DNA from: Candidatus Sumerlaeota bacterium
GTDB lineage: Bacteria > Sumerlaeota > Sumerlaeia > SLMS01 > JAHLLQ01
DNA: 54,826 nt
Direction of reading: 5' to 3'
NCBI GenBank assembly: GCA_021772755.1
Contig: JAJFLJ010000092.1
Location: 1 to 54,826 of the forward strand
Positions 16,734 through 25,637 of this stretch are shown here, piece after piece; position 1 is the first letter of the stretch; each line of letters opens with the position of its first letter. The notes under the pieces were generated by a model. The model was not told the DNA's origin, did not search any database, and was given only the letters and a program-made list of their open reading frames with translations. The translations under genes were made by a program, and so were the position numbers.

Positions 16734-19700
16734 ATGCAGACACGTATTATCCCAGGCGCCGCGCTTGCGATGGCCGTGCTGGCCGGCGCCGCCGGTGCGT
16801 TCACGATCCCCGACATGGAGGCGCGCGACGTGCCTCTCGCCGTGCCCGCGCCGGCGAAGAGCGGCGGAACCTTCGCGTTCGACGTCTCCGAAGAGTCCCT
16901 GAACGCGGACACTCTCTACGCCGTCCACGTCGCGGCATCCGGAGATGAGGCGCCGCGGATTTCGATCAACGGCTCGCCGATCCTTTCCGCGCCGATGCCT
17001 GCCGAGGGCGGATGGCTGTATCGCATCGCGCCGCTGACGCTGACGGGCGGAACCAACGAACTGGCGGTCGATGCGACGCCGACCGGAGCGGTTTCGGGCG
17101 TCATGGTCTTTTCGCTTCTCGATTCGTTCGAGGAGGTTCACTTCAACCACGCCTTCGCGCCCCCGGCGACGAAGGCCGCGAAGGCCGCTCCGGCGACGCA
17201 CCCCGACCAGGCGCGAATCGACGTTCTTCACTACGACATCGACATCACGCTGAACATGGCGAGCCCCTCGATCACCGCCGCCACCGTGGACGTGACGGTC
17301 GAAGCGACGGACGACGGGGTTTCGCAGGTGGTGCTGGATTTCCAGAACAACGGCGGGGCCCTGGCGGTTTCGTCCGTCACGCTGCAGCCCGGGGGGACGG
17401 CGCTGGGAGTGTCGCAGTCCGGCGGCCGCCTGCACGCGACCCTGCCCGCGCCGATCAACACGGGCGACCAGCGAACCGTTCGCATCGCGTATTCCGGAAC
17501 GCCGGACAACAGCGCGGGGGCGTTCCAACTCAACGTGTTCAACCGCACATCCAACAACGGCAGCGGGCACCCCGTCATCTACACGTTCAACGAGCCCTAC
17601 AACGCGCGGTACTGGTTTCCCTGCAAGGACCTCCCCGACGACAAGGCCACGGCGGACATCAGCATCACGTGCCCGACGGCCTATATCCCGGTTTCGAACG
17701 GCGTGCTGACGGGGATCGACAGTCTGGGCGGGGGGCTTCACCGCTACAACTGGTCCGAGTCCCATCCGCTGCCCACGTATCTCGTGTCGATCGCATGCAC
17801 GAACTTCGACTACGACTCGACGACGTACACGGCGCTCGACGCCGTGACGACGATGGAGGTCGGACACTACACCTGGCCGGGCGAGATTCCGAACGGAACC
17901 GAGGTGCCGCTTCTGGCGAACACGACGGACATCCTGGCGTTCTTCGCGCAGACCTTCGGCGAGTACGCGTTTCTCGACGAGAAATACGTCACCGCGACGT
18001 GGGGCGGCAGCTTCGGAATGGAGCACCAGACGGCCACCAGCATCAACAACGGCAATCTTCTGAGCGTCGCCCAGCCGGGCAAGTCGCGCCGAAACATCCA
18101 CGAACTGGCGCACTCGTGGTTCGGCAACCAGGTCACGAACGACACGTTCGACCACCTCTGGCTGCAGGAGGGCTGGGCGACTCTCTGCGAGGCGCTGTAC
18201 TACGAGTACGATACGGGGCCCTCCGCGTACTTCGCCCAGATCGCCGCCTGGATGGGATCCTCGATCAACAACGACACGCCGCTCGTGAATACGAACGCGG
18301 ACGCGTTCCAGGGAAGTCTGGTCTACCGCAAGGGCGCGCTCGTGCTGCACATGCTTCGCGGCGTCATGGGCGACGCCGCGTTCTTCCAGGACGCGCGCGA
18401 CTATCTGGCGGCGCACGCCTACGGAACGGTGATCACGCAGGACTTCGAGGACGCGATGGAAGCGGCGCACGGCGCGCAACTGGACTGGTTCTTCGACGAG
18501 TGGGTCTACGGCACGAGCCGCCCGAACTACACGTGGTCGTGGGTGCCCGCGGCGGGGAACTCGATCCGCGTCGATATCAGCCAGTCCGGCACGTTCTTCG
18601 AAATGCCGATCGACGTCCGCTTGTCGCTTGCCGGCGGCGGAACGGAAACCGTCACTCTCCACAACGACACCAACCCGCAGTCGTTCACCGTCACGCCCGC
18701 TTCGGGTACGGTCGCGGACGTCGAGTTCGATCCCGTGGGCTGGATCTACAAGACCGCGACGCAGGTGGCGGCGCCCACCGCTCCGGCTGCGACGATTCGC
18801 TCGGTCATCTACGACGCTCTGGCGGAGACCGTGCGCGTCTCGTGGAGCAGCGGCGGCGGATCGACCGACGGTTTCGAGCTTCAGGCGAGCGAGGACCGGC
18901 AGACCTGGACCACGCTCGCCGACGATGCGACGCTGACTGCGGGGACGACGGAATACGTCGAGGACCTCTTCTCGGCGCCGTACTACACCGCGATGTGCGA
19001 CGGAGGAGTCTCGTTTCGCGTTCGCGCGCTTTCCGACACCGACGCGCCCAGCCCCTGGTCCGACGTCTACCATTTCCGAAACGCCTTCACCGCCGTGGCG
19101 GGGAGGAGGGGGCTTCCCGGTCCGTTCGGATTCCAGGTCCTGGTGGTGGATGCGTTCGACCGCGACAATATCTCCCAGAATCCGCAGCCCCACGCCTGGG
19201 CCGCGATCAACGGCGAGAGCGTCTCCGCGTTTCAGGCAGGCGTCGACACGTGCGCCAACGAGGAGCTTGGCTCGACGGTGGACCTGATGGACTACGCGGC
19301 GGTGATCTGGGTGGCGTCGGAGGAATCGACGCAGGACGAGTCGTTCTCCGACGCGGAGCAGACGCTTGTGAGCGCGTACCTGCAGGGCGGCGGCGCGCTC
19401 TTCGTTTCGGGCGCGGAGATCGGCTGGGACCTGGACCGTCCGTCGGGACCGATGTCTTCCGACCGCGCGTTCTATAACGACTTCCTGAAGGCGGACTACG
19501 TGTCCGACGACTCGAACGACTATACGGTGAGCGGCGTTTCCGGCTCGATCCTCGACGGTCTGGCGTTCGCCTTCGACGACGGCACCGGCCCGACGTACCG
19601 GGCGGAATTCCCCGACGTGCTGGCGCTCTCGGGCGGTTCGACGGCGGCGCTCGCCTACAACGGGTCCAACTACGCCGCCGTTCAGTTCGCCGGGACGTTC

Positions 19701-19862
19701 CCGGGAGGCACGTCGCCCGGCAAGCTCGTGAACATGGGTTTCGGGTTCGAGACGATCGTCGACGACGCGACGCGCGACGAGGTCATGGAGCGCGTGCTCG
19801 TCTTCTTCGGGATCTCTCCGGCGAACTGCGACACGCGCATCGACAACTGGAGCCTGTATTGA
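16734..19862 (+). CDS. Secreted M1-family zinc metallopeptidase with extra N-terminal, FN3-like and C-terminal domains
   Basis: GGAGGAGG lies upstream of the ATG. Signal peptide MQTRIIPGAALAMAVLAGAAGA. HELAHSWFGN plus WLQEGWA (HExxH-E). The GAMEN position reads FGMEHQ. The FN3-like segment is VRVSWSSGGGSTDGFELQASEDRQTW. The C-terminal part contains DYAAVIWVASEE...LVSAYLQGGGALFVSGAEIGWDL. Confidence 0.8.
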   Translation: MQTRIIPGAALAMAVLAGAAGAFTIPDMEARDVPLAVPAPAKSGGTFAFDVSEESLNADTLYAVHVAASGDEAPRISINGSPILSAPMPAEGGWLYRIAPLTLTGGTNELAVDATPTGAVSGVMVFSLLDSFEEVHFNHAFAPPATKAAKAAPATHPDQARIDVLHYDIDITLNMASPSITAATVDVTVEATDDGVSQVVLDFQNNGGALAVSSVTLQPGGTALGVSQSGGRLHATLPAPINTGDQRTVRIAYSGTPDNSAGAFQLNVFNRTSNNGSGHPVIYTFNEPYNARYWFPCKDLPDDKATADISITCPTAYIPVSNGVLTGIDSLGGGLHRYNWSESHPLPTYLVSIACTNFDYDSTTYTALDAVTTMEVGHYTWPGEIPNGTEVPLLANTTDILAFFAQTFGEYAFLDEKYVTATWGGSFGMEHQTATSINNGNLLSVAQPGKSRRNIHELAHSWFGNQVTNDTFDHLWLQEGWATLCEALYYEYDTGPSAYFAQIAAWMGSSINNDTPLVNTNADAFQGSLVYRKGALVLHMLRGVMGDAAFFQDARDYLAAHAYGTVITQDFEDAMEAAHGAQLDWFFDEWVYGTSRPNYTWSWVPAAGNSIRVDISQSGTFFEMPIDVRLSLAGGGTETVTLHNDTNPQSFTVTPASGTVADVEFDPVGWIYKTATQVAAPTAPAATIRSVIYDALAETVRVSWSSGGGSTDGFELQASEDRQTWTTLADDATLTAGTTEYVEDLFSAPYYTAMCDGGVSFRVRALSDTDAPSPWSDVYHFRNAFTAVAGRRGLPGPFGFQVLVVDAFDRDNISQNPQPHAWAAINGESVSAFQAGVDTCANEELGSTVDLMDYAAVIWVASEESTQDESFSDAEQTLVSAYLQGGGALFVSGAEIGWDLDRPSGPMSSDRAFYNDFLKADYVSDDSNDYTVSGVSGSILDGLAFAFDDGTGPTYRAEFPDVLALSGGSTAALAYNGSNYAAVQFAGTFPGGTSPGKLVNMGFGFETIVDDATRDEVMERVLVFFGISPANCDTRIDNWSLY

Positions 19863-20197
19863 GCGAGAAGCCGAAGCCAGGCCGCGTCGAACTCTTCGCG
19901 TACTACTATCTGGGGTTCCAGCCGGATGGGACGTACCGCTTTCCGAACGCGCACCACGTCGCCCGCTGGTACAACGTCGGGCCGGAAGCGGTGCTGCGGT
20001 GGCTGGAGAACTACGACCTCTCCCCCGCCCGCGTCTCGAAGATGCAGGTGGAGCTCTCCGGCCACAGCGTCGATCTGCAGATGGAGGCGCCGAACCTGAC
20101 GCCGGAAGGCATTCAGATGCGCGCGGCGGAGATTCTGGAGGACCTGGACGAGGCGCAGCCGGGCCGCCGCCCCTGGATCGACGGGCCGATCCGGTAG
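19859..20197 (+). CDS. Hypothetical protein (112 aa), translationally coupled to the M1 peptidase gene
   Basis: The TTG start overlaps the upstream stop (TTGA at 19859-19862). It has GC3-rich codon usage and a non-Arg-rich composition (ELFAYYYLGFQPDGTYRFPNAHHVARWYNVGPEAVLRWLENY). I recognise no family. Confidence 0.5.
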   Translation: MSEKPKPGRVELFAYYYLGFQPDGTYRFPNAHHVARWYNVGPEAVLRWLENYDLSPARVSKMQVELSGHSVDLQMEAPNLTPEGIQMRAAEILEDLDEAQPGRRPWIDGPIR

Positions 20198-20203
20198 ACC
20201 GGC

Positions 20204-21691
20204 CTACTCGTCGTCGGGGTCGGCGTCCGCGTCGTGAAGTTCGGGCAGCAGGCCGCCGGTCTGCTGGTCCGGCAGCTCCTCGACGTCGCGGAGCTTTCGC
20301 GTCATCACGCGCGACCGCCGCGAAGTGTCTTCGAGCTTGTTCTGCGCTTCCTGCAGCTTCTTGCCGACGGCGTCGATGGCGGCGCCGAACTTGCCGAACT
20401 CCGTCTTCACTGCGCCGAGAATCTTCCAGACCTCGCTGCTGCGCTTCTCGATGGCGAGCGTCCGAAAGCCCATCTGCAGACTGTTGAGGACCGCATAGAG
20501 GGTCGTCGGGCCGGCGAGCACGATCTGCCAGTCCGTCTGCATGCGCTCGGCGACGCCCTCCATCCGGAGGACCTCGGCGAAGAGCCCTTCCGTCGGGACG
20601 AAGAGAATCGCGAAGTCGGTGGTGTGGGGCGGCGAGACGTACTTGGAGCGAATGCGCTTCGCCTCCTCGATCATGCGGTTGCCGAGCGCCTTGCGGGCGG
20701 CGTCGAGAGCGACGGCGTCGTTGGCCTCGGAGGCCTGCTGGAGGCGGATGTAGTCCTCCTGGGGGAACTTCGCGTCGATGGGGAGCCGCAGCGGGGTGTC
20801 GTCGTCGTCCCGGCCGGGCAGGCGGATCGCGAATTCCACGCGGTCGTTGCTGCCGGGCACGGTCGCGCAGTTCAGTTCGTACTGGCTGGGAACGAGAACC
20901 TGCTCCAGGAGGGCGTGCAGCTGGACCTCGCCGAAGGTGCCGCGCGAGCGGACGTTGGTGAGGACACGCTTCAGATCGCCGACCCCCTGGGCGAGGTTCT
21001 GCATTTCGCCCAAGCCCTTGTGGACCTGTTCGAGGCGCTCGCTGACCTGGCGGAAGGATTCGCCGAGGCGCTTTTCGAGCGTGGCCTGCAAACGCTCGTC
21101 GACGGTGAGGCGGATCTTTTCGAGCCGCTGCTCGTTGTCGGTGCGGATAGCGTCGAGACTCTTGCGCACATCGACGCGAAGGGCCTCGAAGAGCCTGGTC
21201 TGGGCTTCGCGGGACTCGTCGCCGGACTTGCGCAGGGCGGTCAGTGCGTCCGTCAGTTCGCGGCGCGCGAGAGTCTGGGCGTCGGTCTGGCCCTCGCCGA
21301 ACTGCGCGAGGGATTTCGTCACGCGGTCCTGCAGCGCCGTGAACGCGGCAGATGACTTTTCGGCCTGTTCGAGAACCTGGCGGTTCTGCTTCTCGGAGAA
21401 GTCGCGCAGTGCGGCTTCGACCTTGTCGAGGCGTTCCTCCTGTGCGGTCGAGCCCTTGGCGATGGCCTCGGCCTGGCGCGTCTGAAGCGCGTCGAACTTG
21501 AGGCCCAGGGAATCGGAGACGCTGCGGAGGGATTGCTCGAAGCTGTCGCGCGATCCGCGCAGCTCGTCGCTCAGCCGCCGCTCCAGATCGCCCGCCGACC
21601 GCTGGCGCGACCGCACGGAAAGGAGCAGGCCGAGTACGACGGCGAGCGCCAGAAGGGTGAGGGAGAAGAGAACGATTTCGGGAAGCTGCAT
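20204..21691 (-). CDS. rmuC: DNA recombination protein RmuC
   Basis: N-terminal TM, then a long coiled coil, then the RmuC nuclease-like core: RGTFGEVQLHALLEQVL, IDAKFPQEDY, FAILFVPTEGLFAEVL. The ATG at 21691 is preferred over the TTG at 21700. Confidence 0.85.
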   Translation of the reverse strand: MQLPEIVLFSLTLLALAVVLGLLLSVRSRQRSAGDLERRLSDELRGSRDSFEQSLRSVSDSLGLKFDALQTRQAEAIAKGSTAQEERLDKVEAALRDFSEKQNRQVLEQAEKSSAAFTALQDRVTKSLAQFGEGQTDAQTLARRELTDALTALRKSGDESREAQTRLFEALRVDVRKSLDAIRTDNEQRLEKIRLTVDERLQATLEKRLGESFRQVSERLEQVHKGLGEMQNLAQGVGDLKRVLTNVRSRGTFGEVQLHALLEQVLVPSQYELNCATVPGSNDRVEFAIRLPGRDDDDTPLRLPIDAKFPQEDYIRLQQASEANDAVALDAARKALGNRMIEEAKRIRSKYVSPPHTTDFAILFVPTEGLFAEVLRMEGVAERMQTDWQIVLAGPTTLYAVLNSLQMGFRTLAIEKRSSEVWKILGAVKTEFGKFGAAIDAVGKKLQEAQNKLEDTSRRSRVMTRKLRDVEELPDQQTGGLLPELHDADADPDDE

Positions 21692-21742
21692 GATGCGCAA
21701 CGGTGGTCCGCAGGGCGGCGAGTGGCAAGGGAGAGCAGGCCT

Positions 21743-21776
21743 AAAAACAACGAGCGCGCCGGAAGCCGGCGCGCTC
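21743..21776 (-). terminator. Rho-independent terminator downstream of rplY(ctc)
   Basis: Perfect 11-bp GC-rich stem GAGCGCGCCGG/CCGGCGCGCTC (21752-21776) with a 3-nt loop. On the minus strand it is followed by GTTGTTTTTAGG. Confidence 0.7.
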
Positions 21777-21806
21777 GGGAATGGCGGGAACGGGACCGGC
21801 TTGCGG

Positions 21807-22478
21807 TCAGTCCTTCTTCTCTTTCTCTTCCGTCGGCGCAGCGCCCTCTTCGGCGACCGGCTCGGCGGGTGCCGCAGCGGCGTCGGCGGCGGCGGCGTCG
21901 GCTTCGACCTTCGCCTTCGAAATGATCGTGAAGAGCGCGAGATCGGGGGAGCTGGCGTACTTCGCGTTGGGAAGCGCGGGGAGTTCGGACACGTGGACCG
22001 ACTCGCCGACCTTCAGGTTCGTCAGGTCCACGTCGATGTGGCCGGGCATGTCGCCGGGACGGGCCGTGACTTCGACCTCGTGGGCAAGCTGCTCGAGGAG
22101 GCCGCCCTCGCGGACGCCTTCCGGCGAGGAGCCGACGACCTTGACGTGGACGGGCATGGTGAGTTCCTCGTCGGGGTTCACCCGGAGGAAGTCCACGTGG
22201 ATGACCTTGCGGGAGACGGGCTCGCGCTGGAGGTCCTTGATGAAGGCGGACTCGCTGGCGCCGCCGGTGACGTCGACGGTGATGAGCTTCTGCTCGCCGG
22301 CGATGTGCTGGCGAAGCATGAGGAATTCGTGATCGTCCACCGAAACGGCGACGCTCTCGCCGTGGGCACCGTAGATCACGCCGGGGATTCTGCCGTTCCG
22401 GCGGGCCTTCTTGGCGAGTTCCTTGCCGCGCTCGGATCGCTTCTCGGCCTTGATGTTGAGACTTGCAACTGCTGCCAT
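21807..22478 (-). CDS. rplY: 50S ribosomal protein L25 / general stress protein Ctc
   Basis: KAEKRSERGKELAKKARRNGRIPGVIYG, two beta-barrel domains, and an Ala/Glu/Lys-rich tail. It sits downstream of prs, as in many bacteria. Confidence 0.9.
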   Translation of the reverse strand: MAAVASLNIKAEKRSERGKELAKKARRNGRIPGVIYGAHGESVAVSVDDHEFLMLRQHIAGEQKLITVDVTGGASESAFIKDLQREPVSRKVIHVDFLRVNPDEELTMPVHVKVVGSSPEGVREGGLLEQLAHEVEVTARPGDMPGHIDVDLTNLKVGESVHVSELPALPNAKYASSPDLALFTIISKAKVEADAAAADAAAAPAEPVAEEGAAPTEEKEKKD

Positions 22479-22522
22479 TTCAGTGGTTCTCCTTGAAGTC
22501 GGGGGATCGCCCCGGTCGAGCT

Positions 22523-23479
22523 CTATTCCTGGAACATCGCGCTGATGGACGTATGTTCGTGAATCCGGTTGATGGCTTTGGCGAGGAGGGGGGCCACGTC
22601 CAAAACGGTGATCTTGTCCGGCAGTGTACCCGGCTTGTGGCTGATCGTATTGGTGACGATGATTTCCTTGATGGGCGAGTTCTCGAGGCGCTCAAGGGCC
22701 GGGCCGCTGAACACTCCGTGGGAGGCGAGGGCATAGACCTCCGCCGCGCCCTCCGCCTGAAGGGCGGTGGCTGCGTTGCATATGGTCCCTGCCGTGTCAA
22801 TCATATCGTCGAAGATCAGCACGTTTCGGCCCGCAATGTTCGTAACTCCAATGATCGACTTCACCTCCGAGACGTTCGCCTGGGGCCGGTGCTTGTCGAT
22901 AATCGCCAGCGGAACGTCCAGTTTTCCGGCATAGTCCCGGCCGAGTTTGACGTTTCCGACGTCCGGGGAGACCACGCAGCAGTTCGGCAGATTCTTCTCC
23001 CTGATGGACTTGGTCAGAATCGGACCCGCCACGAGGTGGTCCACCGGGATGTCGAAGAAGCCCTGGAGCTGGCCGGCGTGGAGGTCTACGGCGAGAACGC
23101 GCTCGGCGCCGGCTTTGGTGATGAGGTTGGCGACGAGCTTGGCGGAGAGGGCGACGCGGCCCTGGTCCTTGCGGTCGGCCCGGGCGTAGCCGAAGTAGGG
23201 AATAACGGCGGTGATGCGGTCGGCACTGGCGCGGCGCAGGGCGTCGAGCGTCAGGAGGAGCTGCATCAGGTTTTCGTTGGTGGGGCTCTGGGTGGCCTGG
23301 ATGACGAAGACGTCGCGACCGCGGACGTTCTCCTCGACCTTCACGAAAGTTTCGCCGTCCGCGAACGTGCGAACGTCCAGACCGCCGGGTTCGATATCGA
23401 GGAACTTGCAGACCCTGCTGGCCAGATCGGCGGAAGCCGTGCCGGGAATGATCAGTGGTGGATCGTAGTAGCGCGGCAT
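22523..23479 (-). CDS. prs: Ribose-phosphate pyrophosphokinase
   Basis: In-frame ATG at 23479. VIPYFGYARADRK, VDLHAGQLQGFFDIPVDHL, VVSPDVGNVK and IFDDMIDTAGT. Confidence 0.95.
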   Translation of the reverse strand: MPRYYDPPLIIPGTASADLASRVCKFLDIEPGGLDVRTFADGETFVKVEENVRGRDVFVIQATQSPTNENLMQLLLTLDALRRASADRITAVIPYFGYARADRKDQGRVALSAKLVANLITKAGAERVLAVDLHAGQLQGFFDIPVDHLVAGPILTKSIREKNLPNCCVVSPDVGNVKLGRDYAGKLDVPLAIIDKHRPQANVSEVKSIIGVTNIAGRNVLIFDDMIDTAGTICNAATALQAEGAAEVYALASHGVFSGPALERLENSPIKEIIVTNTISHKPGTLPDKITVLDVAPLLAKAINRIHEHTSISAMFQE

Positions 23480-23511
23480 GGGGAGACGGCTCCTGAGGGA
23501 TGCTTTGCGGG

Positions 23512-24915
23512 TCAGGCCTTCTTGCGTCGCGTCGACTTCTTCTTCGTCGCCTTCTTGCGCGAGGCGGGCTTCGCGACCGTGCGGTTGCCGGGGGCGAGGG
23601 TCTCGGCCCGGGCGGCGTCCACGAGCGAGTTGTGGGGCGCCTGGGCGCGCTCGGCAACGCGAACCGGAGCGACCAGAAGGCTGTTGGCGCCGATGAAGGC
23701 GCTGTTGCCGACCTCCGTGCGGTGGGTCGAGTTGCCGTCGTAGTTGCACGTCATGGTTCCGGCGGCGATGTAGCAGTCGGAGCCGACGCCTGCGTCGCCG
23801 AGATAGGAGAGATGGGGAACCTGGGCGTCATCGCCGAGATCGGTACGGGCGACTTCCACGAACGTGCCCAGGCGGGAGCGCTTGCGGAGCTTCGTGCCGG
23901 GACGAACGTGGGCATAGGGCCCGATGGTCACGTCGTCCTCGGCGACGGCCTCCTCCACCACCGCGTTGCGTACGCGGACGCGCTTGCCGATGGCGGAGTC
24001 GCGCATCGTGACGGCGGGGCCGATCTCGCAGCCGACGCCGATGGCGGTCCTGCCCTGGATGATCGTGAAGGGATGGATCGTGGTGTCGATGCCGATGGTG
24101 ACGTCGTTGTCGATGTAGGTGGTGGCTGGATCGACGACGGTGACGCCGGCGTCCATGATGCGGTTGAGTATCCGGCGGCGCAGATAGCGTTCGGCCATGG
24201 CCATGTCGCGGCGGCTGTTGACGCCGATGACCTCGGTGGGGTCTTCGGCGACCTGGGCCTCGACCTCCTCGCCGAACTCGTTGAGGATCTCGACGACGTC
24301 GGTAAGGTAGAACTCCTTCTGCGCGTTGTCGCTCCTGACCTTCTTCAGCGCCCGGAGAAGCGCCTTGCCGTCGAAGCAGTAGGTTCCGGTGTTGATTTCG
24401 GATATCTTGACTTCGTAGGTGTTGGTGTCCTTCTCCTCGACGATCTTGCGGACGGTGTCGTCGCGGTTGCGCACGACGCGGCCGTAGCCGGAGGGGTCGT
24501 CGAGCAGGGTCGTGAGAACGGCGCAGGCGGTGTGATGGCTGCGCCGGCGCTGGATGAGGTTGCGCAGGCTCTCGGTCTCGATGAGGGGCGCGTCGCCGCA
24601 CATCACGAGGACGTCGCCATCGTAGCCGGCGAGGTGCTTGCGCACCATCATGACGGCGTGGGCCGTGCCGAGGCGCTCCTTCTGGAGGATGCAGCGGGCG
24701 CGCCTGCCGACGTGGTCGCGGACCATGTCGTGAAGGTGCCCGGTGACGACGTAGATCTGCGAGACGTCGAGCGGTTCGAGCGAGGCCAGGACATGGTCGA
24801 TCATGGCGGTGCCACAGATCGAGTGGAGAACCTTGGGAATCTGGGAGTTCATCCGGGTTCCCATCCCCGCGGCGAGAACGATGGCCACGAGTTTGCGCCG
24901 GTTGCGAGATGCCAT
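23512..24915 (-). CDS. glmU: Bifunctional UDP-N-acetylglucosamine diphosphorylase / glucosamine-1-phosphate N-acetyltransferase GlmU
   Basis: In-frame ATG at 24915. VLAAGMGTRMNSQIPKVLH, GTAHAV, EINTGTYCF, left-handed beta-helix hexapeptide repeats, and a Lys-rich tail. Confidence 0.9.
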   Translation of the reverse strand: MASRNRRKLVAIVLAAGMGTRMNSQIPKVLHSICGTAMIDHVLASLEPLDVSQIYVVTGHLHDMVRDHVGRRARCILQKERLGTAHAVMMVRKHLAGYDGDVLVMCGDAPLIETESLRNLIQRRRSHHTACAVLTTLLDDPSGYGRVVRNRDDTVRKIVEEKDTNTYEVKISEINTGTYCFDGKALLRALKKVRSDNAQKEFYLTDVVEILNEFGEEVEAQVAEDPTEVIGVNSRRDMAMAERYLRRRILNRIMDAGVTVVDPATTYIDNDVTIGIDTTIHPFTIIQGRTAIGVGCEIGPAVTMRDSAIGKRVRVRNAVVEEAVAEDDVTIGPYAHVRPGTKLRKRSRLGTFVEVARTDLGDDAQVPHLSYLGDAGVGSDCYIAAGTMTCNYDGNSTHRTEVGNSAFIGANSLLVAPVRVAERAQAPHNSLVDAARAETLAPGNRTVAKPASRKKATKKKSTRRKKA

Positions 24916-24988
24916 GGGAGAATCCGTGCGGTCGGGTGGGAAGGGCGGCTTGCGCCGGTGCGAGCGTGTAGCCGCAGGCGCGGGGCGT

Positions 24989-25020
24989 GGAAAAGGAAAA
25001 TTCGCGGCGTGGCCGCGAAT
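24989..25020 (-). terminator. Rho-independent terminator closing the unknown-function cluster, 4 nt after the stop of 25025..25447
   Basis: 9-bp stem ATTCGCGGC/GCCGCGAAT (25000-25020) with a 3-nt loop. On the minus strand it is followed by TTTCCTTTTCC. Confidence 0.7.
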
Positions 25021-25024
25021 CGGG

Positions 25025-25447
25025 TCAGGAACCGGCGCCGGGGAACTGGCCGGCCGCCTGGAGCTCGGCCATCTTCTTGGGCGGGATTTCGGCGATGAGG
25101 CGGCCAAGGGCCTTGTTCATTCCGATGAACAGGGTGTGCCACTCGACCTGGATCTTGCCGAGGGTCGCTGCGGGAAGCTCGCGGATATGGGCGAGGGAGA
25201 CCGCCTCCGTCAGGACCTTGAGGATGCCTTCGGCGTCGTCGAAGAAGCCGCGGGCCAGTTCCTGGAACTTGTAGTGGTTGAGGACGAGAAGGCTGACGAC
25301 GCCGGCGAACTCCTCCTCCTCCTGGTCGGTGAAGACGCGCTCCTCCAGATTGTCGTCCGCGAAGAACGTGAAGAACTGCTGCCAGAGGGCCGCGTAGTCG
25401 CGTACGACGGCGATGCGGTTCGTCAACTCGAGGTGTGGATTTGCCAT
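25025..25447 (-). CDS. Hypothetical helical protein, soluble paralog of 29008..29508
   Basis: 140-aa ORF with GC3-rich codons. It shares LW..F..F, LT..VS..H[IL]R.[IL]P and I...WH..FI......G.L with the 29008..29508 product. Confidence 0.7.
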   Translation of the reverse strand: MANPHLELTNRIAVVRDYAALWQQFFTFFADDNLEERVFTDQEEEEFAGVVSLLVLNHYKFQELARGFFDDAEGILKVLTEAVSLAHIRELPAATLGKIQVEWHTLFIGMNKALGRLIAEIPPKKMAELQAAGQFPGAGS

Positions 25448-25465
25448 GTTGTGCGGGGGTTCGCC

Positions 25466-25597
25466 CTACTTCTTTCCGGGTACGAATATCCTGAGTTCGT
25501 AGAAGCAGTACGCGACGAGTGCGACGATGCCGAGAATGATCCACAACTCGAACTTGTGGACGTGGTTCAGGCTCTGGAAGATGTTCAGATTCGGCAT
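25466..25597 (-). CDS. Putative 43-aa single-pass membrane mini-protein (not in the ORF track)
   Basis: My translation: MPNLNIFQSLNHVHKFELWIILGIVALVAYCFYELRIFVPGKK*. It has one clear TM helix, and most codons end in G/C, as in neighbouring genes. It fills the gap between the lipoprotein gene and 25025..25447. Confidence 0.45.
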   Translation of the reverse strand: MPNLNIFQSLNHVHKFELWIILGIVALVAYCFYELRIFVPGKK

Positions 25598-25637
25598 CGT
25601 TCGCAGCGCGCTCCGTCGCTCGTGTCTCTGTCTTTCC

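Noticed and set aside
13553-16948. 1131-aa plus-strand ORF
   Set aside because: It is out of frame with the HIBADH-type dehydrogenase and the CASTOR-like channel, both of which have strong motifs. Its composition is dominated by Arg, Gly and Ala.
15057-21728. 2223-aa ORF on the minus strand, the longest in the window
   Set aside because: The translation is about one-quarter Arg with abundant Gly/Pro/Ala and no recognisable motif. It runs antisense to three plus-strand genes with clear family signatures (CASTOR-like channel, M1 peptidase, small ORF). It also runs out of frame across rmuC. This is the typical stop-codon-free shadow frame of GC-rich DNA.
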